The notes beneath the pieces were generated by a model. The model was given only the letters and a program-made list of their open reading frames with translations, was not told where the DNA came from and did not search any database. Positions 1 through 11,690 of a DNA stretch of 64,000 nucleotides are shown piece after piece (the stretch's first letter is position 1; every line of letters begins with the position of its first letter). The DNA is from Dicyema japonicum (lineage: Eukaryota; Animalia; Dicyemida). Position numbers and translations under genes: made by a program. Where the stretch lies: assembly GCA_011109175.1 (NCBI GenBank), contig RDEW01000025.1, positions 828,543-892,542 of the forward strand. Direction: 5' to 3'.

Positions 1-930
1 CTAGGATTCGTCCTCAGCAAAACAACACGAAATTTTCGGTTCTACGAGCAATAATGTCTTCCTCAACAGCTGATTGTCGAAAACAATGGGCTGCCTTAGT
101 TATTGAAAGCACGCGCTCTAGACTGGGTCTTGTCTCCAGAGGTGGATAGGTTCAAGACTAAGTTTGGAGAGGAAATAACAATGCCTGAGTTCAAAAAACT
201 GATATACATTCAGGAACGCAAACAATTATCACACAATGAACTTGATTCGAAGGTTATCCCAGATTCTAAGCCTGATATGTCTTCACCGTCCCTGGATCCT
301 AAATTTTACGATCACTGCCGACGCACATTTATGGAACAATTGATAATTGCCGAGCAAACAAACAAAGCTCTAGACTCCGAACCAAAAAGATTCCCTATGT
401 CAAGATTGACAATAACTTATTGGAGTGTTTGAACTGTGTCATTAGCCAATGGGTTAAAAAGAACTCCATAATTTCTATGGATCAAATTTCTACTCTTATT
501 TATGCTGGTCAAGCTACATATCAGATTATTACTGTGAAAAAAATGAGCCATCAAAATGGAATGAGAATATAAGTAGAAAAATCGAAAAGTGGAAATCCTT
601 TTTTTTGCTAATTAAAAAAATTTTTTATGAAGACGTTGTCATCAGAGGAAAAACCTATGGCCTGCCACGAATTATCCTTAGTGGGATACCAAAAAATCAT
701 GGTGAAAGAGGGATTATTTCGTACATTGAAGATAAAATTAAAATTCTCGAAAAGAAATTGTGTCTATCTGAGTCCCGCAAGAAATTCCGTCTTGATAATC
801 TAAACTTCGAATTAAATCGAAGATCATTTTACAGAAACTTAACCCCTACGGCAAATAATGTTACTGAGTCTATTGATAATGAAAAATGTGCAGACTTTTG
901 GGAAGACGTTTGGAAAAAGAAAGATATGTG
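1..930 (+). mobile_element. Degenerate NeSL/R4-like (restriction-like endonuclease) non-LTR retrotransposon, region N-terminal to RT
   Basis: Broken ORFs 103..432 and 605..958 contain RKKFRLDNLNFELNRRSFYRNL...EKCADFWEDVWKK, resembling the FYRxL...FW..IW block that precedes RT in R4/Dong/NeSL elements; frameshifted. Confidence 0.55.
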
Positions 931-931
931 T

Positions 932-1122
932 TTAGCAAAATGTTCCACTTACCCATAGGACCTGTTAAAATTAATTTTTGTAAGATTTAAAAAAGATGAC
1001 TTTTTCACCTAAAGATGTCGAGGACCTTAGCAAAATGTACCACTTACCCATAGGACCCCTTAAATCAATTTTTATAAGATTTAAAAAAGATGACTTTTTT
1101 ACCTAAAGATGTCGAGGACCTT
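932..1122. repeat. Two-copy ~95-bp tandem duplication
   Basis: ttagcaaaatg(t/a)ccacttacccataggacc...aaagatgtcgaggacctt occurs twice back to back with few differences. Confidence 0.9.
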
Positions 1123-1227
1123 GGTAAAATATCTCGTGATGTCTATTGATGAACTTATCCAAAACCTGAGAAATTTAATTGGAGGCCATTTTGAATGGGA
1201 ACCTAAATATTCCATAGACCAAGGATA

Positions 1228-1450
1228 AAACCAAACTAACTGATTCCTTGATCCTGACGCGTTCCAAGTGAACCTTCACCCTAGAAAAGTGATCCAGAGG
1301 ACGTTGTCCGGGGATCTGAGATCGATTCCTGAACTCGTCGCCTGGAAAAAAATTGTTTCTTGTAGAATGAATAGATGGATCCTTTAGAATGCCGGCCAGG
1401 CATTGGACGTCCTGAGTAAGCTGGATCCAATGACGCCACCAGAAGAAACC
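1228..1450 (-). repeat. SINE-like interspersed repeat, subfamily B copy
   Basis: Similar to 11430-11690, 58430-58620 and 60020-60210; contains the GATCC...TGCC-loop-GGCA...AAAGGATC core shared with the element at 7193-7527. Confidence 0.75.
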
Positions 1451-1502
1451 ATTGAATTAAAATATAAAAATAAATCATAAAAAACATTTAAAAAATAAAA
1501 GA

Positions 1503-2193
1503 CTATTCTTTAATATAATCATAGTCATAATAATCGTTGTCATCGTCTTTTGGTTTGAGTTCATAGTCATGGCCCAGAGCCCAAAGTGATTCTAAATCAT
1601 ACTTAATGCGCTCTTTCTCAATAAACAAATGTAAAACGATAAATCCCATGTCCATAACAACCCACGACTGACCTCCGCCAATTCCATTTACGATCATAGC
1701 GTTGTCATTTATATTTCTCCTTTTAGTGTACTATAAATCACATTTAATAAAAACCATCGTTCGGAGAGTCTGACTCACCCCAGCCAGGTGACGATGAGAC
1801 AAAGATGTGCCAATCACTACGTAGTCAGAATAGTTTCGTTCTTTTGGGATTGTTAGACACACAATATCCCGAATTTTCTCACTTTTAAGAAATCCAACCA
1901 ATTCTTCAAGTTCGATTACATTCAAACCGTCTAAAATTTTTTTATTATTTTCTACCTTTTTCTCCCAAATATTGATTTCTATTAAGTAGGAGGTCGTCAT
2001 AAAGAATTTCTTCATCTTTTGTATCGTCGTTATCGTTATATTCTTCATACTCCTCATATACTTCATCAATCCCAATTATATCTGTGGGTTTTTTGCAGTA
2101 TAGTCGCTTTAAAGTATTTGTTGGTGAACTCATGTTGATTTTGCTTATGTTGGAAAAAACAAATTTGTTCAGTTTTAGCACACTACGAATCAT
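1503..2193 (-). CDS. MALSU1: Mitochondrial ribosome silencing/assembly factor (RsfS/Iojap family), 3 exons
   Basis: Joining ORFs across GT-AG introns 1931-1955 (25 nt) and 1731-1754 (24 nt) gives an N-terminal presequence plus DIVCLTIP...DYVVIGTSLSHRHL...WVVMDMGFIVLHLF...RIKYDLESLW, the RsfS signature. Confidence 0.9.
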
Positions 2194-2885
2194 ATCAATT
2201 AAATTTTTAATAAAAAATTTCACTAATTTATTTTTTAGTCCTAGATAATTTTAAATTTTATATTTGAGTAGCGGAGAAGACCTGATCAAACGTAATCAGG
2301 AGAAAACCCGATTCCAACGAGCTTGTGTAGGATCGACGGAGGAGCATCGAGCCAAGTTGAGAGTCTGGATTAAATTTGAGGGGTCACTTAGTTTGTTTTT
2401 TTTCGTTTTAATGGTAGTCTTGGACAATGGAACCTTATGTATTCATATGTTTATTGGTAACGCGGGAGTGCTCGTAACCAACTCACGTAACTGATTAAAA
2501 TTTTCACATCTAATAGCTTAGAAATTACTACCGCGATCGGTCCTGGGTTCGATTACCCCACCGATTACTTGGTTAAAAGTTACTCTTCCTTTCATCTTCT
2601 TTTAAATTTTCTCTTATTTTACTGGAATTGAGTCAATTGATCTGCCTAGTGTCGGAATGGTATGAAAATGGATCATCCCCTTCCATTGAAGATGCTCTCG
2701 CAATTGGATGAACTGGATGAGTTCTCCCTTCCCGATTGTTCTGGATGAAACTTGTATGTGATTTTTGAAAAACTCTGCTTCTATAATCTTGAGAATTTAA
2801 TTACTATAAAACGAAACCAAAAAATAGAGTTCGAGGATCCAATCTTAAATGCGTGGATATTCCAATTAAGGATTGAAAGTGGAAA

Positions 2886-3600
2886 TCAGTTCGAATAGCT
2901 ACAATAGTTTGAGAAGATTTTCCGAGCTTTTGAAAGAATTACACACGCGTAACGTCCCAGACTAGAAGTTTCCCAACAGCAATGGTGATTCCATCTGGAA
3001 ATTTTCCAAGTTCCTACGGGTTCATGTACTGAGAGAAAATCATCTGTTTCCAAAGTCAGTTGTACGATTTTGTTTAAAGCCTTGTGCCAGAGGACCCTGC
3101 AGGTACTCTTCCTGCAAGGGAGTAGACATAGTCTAAATCCATCCATATGGTCACCGCATCTACACTGATGTGGAACACAAATCTTCAGTCCAAGTCGCAA
3201 TAAGAGCCCGAATCGAATAAAAGTTTCGAGTACTCCGTTTGGAATGGTGTTGAGCCATGCCACACTTTCAAGAGAGACCTTGGAAAACGGACAAGCACGG
3301 TGGTCTAGGCTCAAGAACTTCAACAATTTTGCAAAAGATTTCAATCAACCAACATAATCCAAATTCCGCTACAATTTCGAGATTGAGAGTGGGAACAAGT
3401 AAATAAGAAGGTAAGAATCAGATCTCCCGCATTGATCGACTTCCAGGTCAGAATAAAATTCTGTGAAGGAGTGCAAAATATTCCTGACCATGCTGTATAA
3501 GACGACAAGGACACTGTTGTAAGAGTCGACATTTTCGCAATTCTACAGACTTAATTTTTATTCCGCAGCCCTTAATTATACAACTTGACTACTCACGAAA
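2886..3600 (-). mobile_element. CRE-like non-LTR retrotransposon fragment (RT end, zinc knuckle)
   Basis: AWLNTIP...RFGLLLRLGLKICVPHQCRCGDHMD...LPCRKSTCRVLWHKALNKIV...EPVG, a CRE-type C-terminal region; degenerate. Confidence 0.7.
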
Positions 3601-3689
3601 TTCGAATGCTAGAGGTCCTGGCGGTCTTGCCATACACCATCTAAGACATCTAGCTTAAGTGAGTTTCACGCTTTAACTAACTCGGACGT

Positions 3690-4110
3690 TTTTTCACCAT
3701 GTCAACTCACGTTGTAGATACTTACCTAATGGAGTTCCTCGAGGCACAATCCTTTCTCCAGCTCTTTTTAATATAGGTTAAAAAAAGTCAAAGAAAAAAC
3801 ACCTTAATACTATTTTCTCCTAGATGGATCTCTTGAATCCTTCTCCCACCAAATCATTTATAGCGGTTTTACGTCTGATCGTCGTCAGTTTAACCTGGAA
3901 CCTATGCAACTTCTTAATAACACTCCTCTTCCTGTTGTCAAAAAACCTAAAATACTTGGTGTGATATTTGATACTTCCTTATCAAAAAATGTCTCATATA
4001 TATATGCGAAAAAGCGAAAAATAGCAGAAAAAAAACTCAATTACTCCGGACCGTGGCGGGTACGTCATTTGAAAGAAGAGAAAAACACAGCCCTTCCGAT
4101 AAAGACTAAG
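3690..4110 (+). mobile_element. I/Jockey-group LINE RT fragment (same family as 54048-55983)
   Basis: PNGVPRGTILSPALFN and PLPVVKKPKILGVIFDTSL match the RT at 54107-55363. Confidence 0.75.
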
Positions 4111-4304
4111 TAAGGAAACATTACTTAAACTTCACCTTAGACAGAACTCACACTTTAAGAAGTAAGAGCAGTAATATTAATTAATCTAAGGCATCCAAGA
4201 CATTCAAGGTGTTTTTGACTTTTCGTTCTTTTTTTTGTTTGTGAGTTCTAGAAGACAATCCAGTTCCGCAGTGATGAAACACTGATGACGGGATCACTCG
4301 TCAA

Positions 4305-4381
4305 CCCCAAATCATCATAGATTCGAACCGAGGACCTCATGATTTTAGTCCAAAACTTATTATACTGAGCCAAGTGAGCTT
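4305..4381 (-). repeat. Degenerate tRNA-derived sequence
   Basis: Reverse strand gctcacttggctcagt...gaggtcctcggttcgaatc has A-box and B-box/T-loop like motifs but no intact cloverleaf. Confidence 0.45.
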
Positions 4382-4559
4382 GATGATTATCTAAGACAAT
4401 TTATCAGAACTACGATGAACTATGCCGTTCCTGCTGGGGTCCCTGTTTATTAATAACAAACATCAAAAAAATACAATGACTCAAAACTCTGCTCTAAGAA
4501 TAATTACCGGATGTCTAAAAACCACACAACTGATTACTTACAATGTAAATCAAAATTCT

Positions 4560-4900
4560 TACAATTAGGGACTATTTCACGATGCTCAGTCTACAGTTCC
4601 TTGACAAGTGTAAACACCAGGACATCCAGCTCCCATACCGCGGAAAATTCGTGTCCATTTGATGCGCCTACGATGAGGTCACCATATGAATTTACATTCG
4701 TATCCGTACAGGATTGGACAATCATCCTCTCTACTATGCCAATCATGCTTACCTTGACGAACAAAAGACGGATCACCTCTTGTCTTGTCCGGGTTTACCT
4801 CCTAATTCTGCAAGGAACCAAAAATACCTGTCGGATCACAGGGAGCGCCCGCTCTTAAAGAGGGAGTTAGTTGGCTTCATGCCGCAAGTCCTGCAAATGC
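4560..4900 (+). mobile_element. Vingi/Ingi-like LINE 3' fragment; second copy at 43690-43900 (-)
   Basis: IRIRTG...EQKTDHLLSCP resembles a degenerate CCHC tail; the inverted homolog shows as similar antisense ORFs (4591..4776 vs 43706..43924). Confidence 0.5.
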
Positions 4901-5039
4901 TTGGACTCCTCTGCGCTCTCAGACCCCTCTTATCGTTTATTCTGTGCTGCAAAGTACGAGTCAATGATAGCATCTCTTTTCAGGTAGTTTTCCATCCTTT
5001 TTTCTGCTGCAACTTTTATCGACATTACTAGCAAGTTTT

Positions 5040-5700
5040 TCATCTTTATTTAGCTTCTCGTTGAGCCTTTTGTGTAGGGCAATCTTGATCCCTACTCTCC
5101 TCGATTTTTAAAGAAGCAAAATAAAAAGCTCTTTGTATGCAGTGTAATACCATCCTTCCAGTCCATAAAAAAGTGATGGAATGATCGTACGTGAAAAAAT
5201 AAATAAAAACATATACGTTTCGAGTCTCAATTTCCTCATACACAAGATCGCATGGTGGCCTTTCTTCCTTTCAAATTAGAGGCAGACTTCTCAAAACTCC
5301 TCTTAAGCCCGACCACACTGAAATACTCATCAATCTCATTTGAATTACTTTGGGATATAGACAATTTTGGAATATAGAACAATATATTGAAATTTTCTTG
5401 GAAATTTATTATTTAAAATTTTGCTTAAAGGATCAAAGACTAAAACGAAAAGTTGGGGAGACAGTGTCTCCTTGCAGTATTCCACGTTTCAATGCAACTA
5501 TCTCAATCCTCTCCATGTTTATTATAGCCAGCACGATCCAGATGGAAGTTCTAATTATAAACGATACTAAATTGAAGCACATGGATTGGATTTAGCATCT
5601 GAAATTGGAATACGAAAGAAAAACGAGAAGAATCGGTGATTTATTACATTGCTTGTGGAAACTCGCATTGTAATTGGGGCTTTTTACGGAGAAGAGACAT
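5040..5700 (-). mobile_element. NeSL/R4-like RT fragment
   Basis: Reverse strand encodes KRGILQGDTVSP (RT motif); heavily degenerate. Confidence 0.6.
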
Positions 5701-6299
5701 ACAATGTCTCATGAGAGTGCCCCGATATAGACGACCCCAAATCTTGGCTTTCCTCTTTAGTTAATGGCTCTTACCTTGTTTAGTTAGTTGGGGTTTTGCG
5801 AATAAATCATGTTATCTATCTTATCCTCTCCATGTTTATGTTTAGGATTACTCTCCATTTGGTAGTTAGAGTCTACGAAATTTCTAATCCAAGAAGTAAT
5901 AATAGTAATGCTACTTATTTCAATGGATATCCAGGACATAAACTGTTTTTGACTTATCGTTCTTTTCTTTTTTTATGTATGAGTCCCAGAAGACAATCTA
6001 TTTCCGCAGTGATAAAGCAATGCTACAGCGTCAGTCGTATTTTCCATAACTAAATAGAATATCCAATGTTAGCTTTAGCTCGATTCTCATGCATGATAGA
6101 TGCTAGTCACTGGTTACTCTAAATTTCAGTTCTCAGTGAATTATTACTCTATATTACAAATGCAGTAAATTTTGTAAACTTATCGTTCTTAAAAATATGT
6201 GAAACCGTGGAAATTCGTTCAAATAGTAAACAATTTATTGTTAAAATCAAAGAAACAGTTACAAAAAAATAAAGCAATACCACATATTTACAGAAAAAG

Positions 6300-6680
6300 T
6301 GACAAATGGTCATATAGCGGCCGCCCTGACTGCATAGATATTCCCTTTCAGGATGGCGAGCGAGATTTGCTCAAATAACCAGCAGCGCTCACGGGAGTCT
6401 CTTGTGAAATCCGATTCCCTAGACGACTTGAGAATTCCAGCGTCGCAGGCGCAAGGGAACTAGACGTCTCAACGGCGAGTAGAACGAACAAAAAAGTCAT
6501 TGGGTAGGACCATGAACTTTACCCGTTTCGACCTCTCGGCCTTCTCAGCAGCAGAACAGGCTCAAGAGGCACTCTGGAGTAGGTTGCAAGGGGCAAACGT
6601 ATCGGTGCAGGTGATGTCCCAGATAAGTGGTTTCTTGGTATCAAATGGGAGACGGTCATCCCATCTGTTCGCTTTCCGGC
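6300..6680 (-). mobile_element. CRE-like retrotransposon 3' end (restriction-like endonuclease); near copy at 52410-52880
   Basis: KPLIWDITCTDTFAPCNL...AAEKAERSKRVK...AVET...KGNI; clear nucleotide similarity to 52410-52760. Confidence 0.75.
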
Positions 6681-7192
6681 TTCCTTACTACTTTATTTAC
6701 AGAATTTAATATTTATTAGCCTTCAATATGATTTTTTTATTTTCGAGTAGAAATTTTTCAAGATTTATAAACTCAAAATTAAGTCCATGATTTTTAACTT
6801 GTGCACAACGACAATTATTATAGAATGTGAAATATCATCAGTTTGAAATTATGTCAAATTTAAAATCGGATAACCAAAGTGAGTAATTAAGCAAGGTTGT
6901 TTCCTCTGACAATAGCTATCGAGATACCTTCTTGAAGCCATTCAGTTTTGTGTTCATCCTTGGTAACCTTTGGATCATTAAGCCGATCCGACTGACTAGA
7001 CCAGTCACTTGTGAGCCAATAAATTTCAATGTCGAAAGAGACAAAAAATCCCAAGTCCCAAATTCTAACCGGGACCTAGAGAACTACAGTCTCCCACTAT
7101 ACCCTCAGGTCAGTTTTTAGTAAATTAAATCCTATTATTAGTCTTATAAATTCATACCGTAAAGCTAATAGCTATTTATGATTCTGTCCACT

Positions 7193-7527
7193 TTATTTAT
7201 TTTATTTATTAACCCCGGAAACACCGAGAAAGAAGTTAAAGTAACAACTAATTAAGTGTATCCAGTTTCCACTTCTACAGAAACAAAGTCCATCCGGAAT
7301 CAGCATAAAGGGTAAGACGTTCATCACATGCAGTTGTGGAAACCCCTCCAGTGGAGTGGGGAAGAGCAAATGATCCTTTTTCATGCCGGCCTGGCACTGG
7401 GCGTCACCTAGACAGGTGGATCACATGACACCAATCTATTAGGAAGAGAGAGGAGGAACAGACAAGCAAGCAGAAAACTTCAACCAATTAACCACGCAGC
7501 ACCACATGGCGCCACGCGGCTCGATCC
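7193..7527 (-). mobile_element. Full-length SINE-like retroposon (subfamily A) with 14-bp target-site duplication
   Basis: TSD tgattctgtccact at 7179-7192 and 7528-7541; 3' end ccggggttaataaataaaataaataaa; partial copies at 16616-16745, 33380-33545, 37815-37970, 37975-38115, 50470-50530 and 63845-63895. Confidence 0.85.
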
Positions 7528-7782
7528 TGATTCTGTCCACTCTTTTAATCCAAAGAAATAAGTGTCTTAATTTTTGTTAAAAACCTTCTTAAGAGAGTTT
7601 ATAAAGCCGGATGCTAGTTTTTACAGTATACTTTAGTGCTAAATTCAGAAAAAATCAACATTTATAAGACAATGCTCTCTAAATCGATTTGAAATTAATG
7701 ACGATTCTTCGTATTGATTTTTATATAATTGTTAATCCAGAAAGAGGAAAATAAAACTGTTCTATTTGAAGAAATCCAATAG

Positions 7783-7899
7783 GGAGAATCCTTCTTCAAA
7801 ATGATAATCAAATATTTAGATAGTTAGTTGAAAGCACTCCCNGGAGAATCCCTTCAAAATGATAATCAAATATTTAGATAGTTAGTTAAAAGCACTCCC
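7783..7899. other. Assembly join (n at 7842) flanked by a duplicated ~58-bp overlap
   Basis: ggagaatcc...aagcactccc appears on both sides of the n. Confidence 0.85.
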
Positions 7900-8959
7900 G
7901 CGTTACCCATAATCATGAATATTTAGGTTCCGCTTTTGCTGTGCTCTTTGCTATTTGTTCTACCAGCCTCGTATGAATCCTGTTGTTTACTTCGGCCAGT
8001 AGATGCCTACTATTTTTGAATTGATTAACCAATCATATGATAATTGAATTCTTAAGTACCTCTTGATCCCGTAAACATTCAATAATCATCCAATCTCTAT
8101 TGAAGATATTTCGTCTTTGTTAGTGACGAATAAATATAAAGGAATTTCCCTCTTCTCGTGACCTAGACGAGGTGATTGACTAGGAGACATCTGAAACTCG
8201 AATTGATCCTAAAATCTTATTTTAAAATTAATATCAAAATTAAAATTTCGACGTCTTCTAACATAAGGACCTGTCCAATCAACCAGAAGACCATTCAAGG
8301 TAAGATTGTATTTGAGGTACTTCTATCTTAATCATCAACACGAAAAGTAACCACGACTTCAAAGACAAATGAGTTATTTTAGAGAAATCGAATATTTTTT
8401 TGATGTGTCCACGGTTTCTTGCCTCGATTCCAGAAGCTTAGAAATAAGAACTCAAGGAAATTAAAAAGTACATTTGCAAGGAAATAGAAATGTTATTTTC
8501 TACTAAAAATTCATGGGGGTTATTGTGATGCTGCAAATAGTGGTCCCAGCAACTTTAGATATACTAAAGGAATCTTTGGAGTCAGACTTTTCATTTTCTC
8601 TCAATCTCTCTCAAATATTTTGTTTTGAGATTGATAAGGAAAAAAAGATTCAATGTTGAGTATTTTAAAGTCGAGGATTTCAAAGGAAGCTAAATGGAAC
8701 GGGGACTCGTTAAGACACTGTCAATTTCGACGGGACGTTATGATAATTGACGGACAAATACTGTATATCATCTATAGGAGATCTCTCGACCTCCTGGGAT
8801 TGGGATGTATTATCTCTGGGGAGACGTGAATTTGAACGCTAAAGAAGTTTTATGTCATTTTATGAAGCATGCCGATTTGGAGGAATACCTTGCATTTTAG
8901 ATGTCTAGGAGGCTATGGGATGTGTAAAATAGACGAGCACACGTGGGATTCTATAAAAT

Positions 8960-9850
8960 ACTAATTTTGGATGTTTTATAAGAGGATGGATCGAATTTAC
9001 ATGAAGAGTGATTTTCTCGTGCCGACTTACTATGGGTTGATTGGATCGGAATCCGGGTTTCATGTCGAAATTCAGCGAGGGTCCAATAGTTCCGGAAGCC
9101 TCCACAACAGAGGAGTGAACATAACTTGTCGGGTAGGTCGGCTTTTTAAGTGGCCGAACAGGCTTAAGATGCGCTCTGATGGATGTTATTGTTGCGCATA
9201 TCAGACTAGAGACTCCTGATTTCAAACGGAAAGATGGATATCCATCTGGTTGTTTTCCATCATTCCTATAAAAGCCGATAGGTTCATAGGAAGCGGTTAA
9301 TCGGTAACATCCATACCCTGCCTAACTATTTAGTTTAGGCCATGTGTCTAAGAGATCTTCCATTACTTTTCCTAGAGGCAAATGAGTGTCGACCGAAACG
9401 GTAAATCTCGTCACCACATCAAAACGGATTTTGTATAAAAATCAGTCCAAAACGTAATGAAACTCCAATTCTAACAAAATTGTCTTCCAGAAACGTTCCC
9501 TGTGCTCCGCTTTGGATGACGCCAGGGAGATGTGCCAGACAACAGGCAAGTGCTGGTTTGATTACTTTAGAGATTTTCGGACAACAACCAGGCAAAACAT
9601 CTCCAGACTACGTTGAGAATCTTAGGATGGAAGAAGAACGAATGAAGATGGTACAAGTTCCACGTACTGACCGATGTCCAAGTCGATAGAGAATCGGGAC
9701 GGAAGTTTAGTATCCTGTTGACCAAGGAAAGATACTCGGAGAGAGAAACATCTGAAGACCAGCGAATTCCACAGCCACCAAATCTTGCTGGCTGTGACAT
9801 GCAACCCTCTGTATAGTAAAAATGCTCCTCATGAAGAATAATGAGGTGTG
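8960..9850 (-). mobile_element. Degenerate CRE-like retrotransposon
   Basis: QPARFGGCGIRWSSDVSLSEYLS (late RT motif) followed by frameshifted EPIG..DGKQPDG endonuclease motif. Confidence 0.65.
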
Positions 9851-10373
9851 TAGGTCGAGTAAACATAATGATCGAGCGTTCCCTCAAGTAAGCGTTTCTG
9901 TCACATAATACATTCACCGTCGCACTCTTAGTGATTGGGAATCTGAGAATACGTACAAGGCGGGAATCAATATTTCCATGAAGCAATATATGAGAGGAGC
10001 GGAGAAAAGGGTAATGGCCTAGCATGTGCAGTGAAAAGACACAACTTTATTAGGAAAAGAAACTGTTTAATAACTATGAGATGTGAGTAGATTAATCTTA
10101 GGGAGATACCGAAATTCCAATTCTTGTGAACTTTTAAAACCAATTCCTTTTTTGCATATTAAGATTTAATGCCAGCAACTTCCTTCTTGTTGACTTTCCA
10201 GACTTAACATTCTATATGACGTATGAGACACGTCACCAACTCAAACTTTCGGCGGGAAAATTTGACTATTTATTTATGACTAACTATTTAAAATGTATTT
10301 AAATTAATATTTATAAAATATTCTAATTTACATAAAGACAAGAAATAAATTATGCTAAAATGAATTTATTATT

Positions 10374-11289
10374 TTATGGGCACAAATCTTTCGTAGTAAT
10401 GTTAGAGAAGAGGACTTGTAGTCCAAAGTAACTGCATTGAAATATACTCAGCTTTGCGTCGTTATTCATCATTTTAAGTCCCTCACTGGAGTACATGGAG
10501 TAGATTACTTGCTCGTCAGTTGCAATCAGATTCACGGGGATCATCTTGTTGAAGAATTTTTCATAGGCATCACAAAAAACGGAAAATGGGTCAACATGAC
10601 CTCCCATAATAGATCCAGATACCCAGACTCTTGCTTCTTTGACTATCTCTTCGATCGGATAATCGTAGAACTCATATACTTCACTCAATAACACACGTGT
10701 CTTGTCCATATATCTCGACGTTTTAAATAGGAACTTGCCCGTAAAAGGTGCGAAGCGGAATAGACCAACATCAACCCAGAGAACGTGTGAAAATGTATCA
10801 GAGAAGAGTTTGATGGTCCGCCTAATCATGTCGTGCTTGGAATGCATAATAGCAGAATACTCAGGATTGCCGTTTTCTTGTGGATGTTTTCCAAACCCAG
10901 GAAGCGTGAATATATGTTTTATTTCCTCAATTCTTCGGAAGCCAAACAGTTCTGATCTATTCACGTGCAATAATGTAGTGGGGAGATTTCCTCTGATTCT
11001 GTTCATGTGATCCAGGATTTTCTGGTCGTCCGAAAAAAGACGAGGTGGTTCTGGATAAGTCCGAATTTGTACATCCATTTGAAGTAGATGGAAGGATTTC
11101 GAATACCTCCTCCGTGTTTTATGACTTCTCCAATATTGTAGAAGCAGCTTACTAAAATGAATGTTTCACCCCAAATTTCCTTTCCGATTACGTCCTAAGA
11201 TATTATTATTTGGTGACCTTGAATGTTAAAATCTGATAATTTAATAGCTGAATAGGAATAAAATCAGAATAACTTTGTATTTTTATCAT
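10374..11289 (-). CDS. HtrL/YibB (WlaTC/HtrL glycosyltransferase-like) protein, copy A
   Basis: LVSCFYNIG...NPEYSAIMHSK...WVDVGLFR...VWVSGSIMGG...IATDEQ; hydrophobic N-terminal exon and a 23-nt intron; indels in the 5' part, several in homopolymers. Confidence 0.7.
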
Positions 11290-11429
11290 TATGGGTTAAT
11301 AAAAAATGAGTACGAAAATAGGCTGAATAATATTTAGATTAAATTTTTACATTTTTTATATTTAAAAATAATTATTTATTAATTTTAGATTTATTAAAAT
11401 AATGAATGAAATTATTCTAAGACTATGGT

Positions 11430-11690
11430 AAAACCAAACTAACTAACCCGTGATCCTGACGCGTTTCGTAGAACCCTCACCCAAGTTCGGTTATCCAGGG
11501 AACATTGTCCTGGAAACTGAGGTCGATATAAAAATTTGCCACAGGGAGCAAATACTATCCAGTTGAATAAAAAATGAATCCTTTTAAATGCCGCATATGG
11601 ATTAAGCGTTCCTGAGTAAGTCGGATCCAATGACGTCACTAAAAAAAGCAAATAGCCGCATGGTATCATATAGCAGCACGTGACCATAGT
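11430..11690 (-). repeat. SINE-like repeat, subfamily B copy
   Basis: Aligns with 1228-1450 (aaaccaaactaact...gatcctgacgcgtt...cctgagtaag.ggatccaatgacg). Confidence 0.75.

Noticed and set aside
7370-7430. HDV-like ribozyme because of ggccggcatg on the minus strand
   Set aside because: I could not build the nested double pseudoknot, and the word is not conserved in other copies.
7783-7899. Biological tandem repeat
   Set aside because: It straddles an n, so it is most likely a contig-overlap artefact.
10437-11010. Plus-strand ORFs opposite HtrL copy A, and similar antisense ORFs over Rab5, PKC, LINEs and pogo
   Set aside because: They are shadows of real coding sequence on the other strand.
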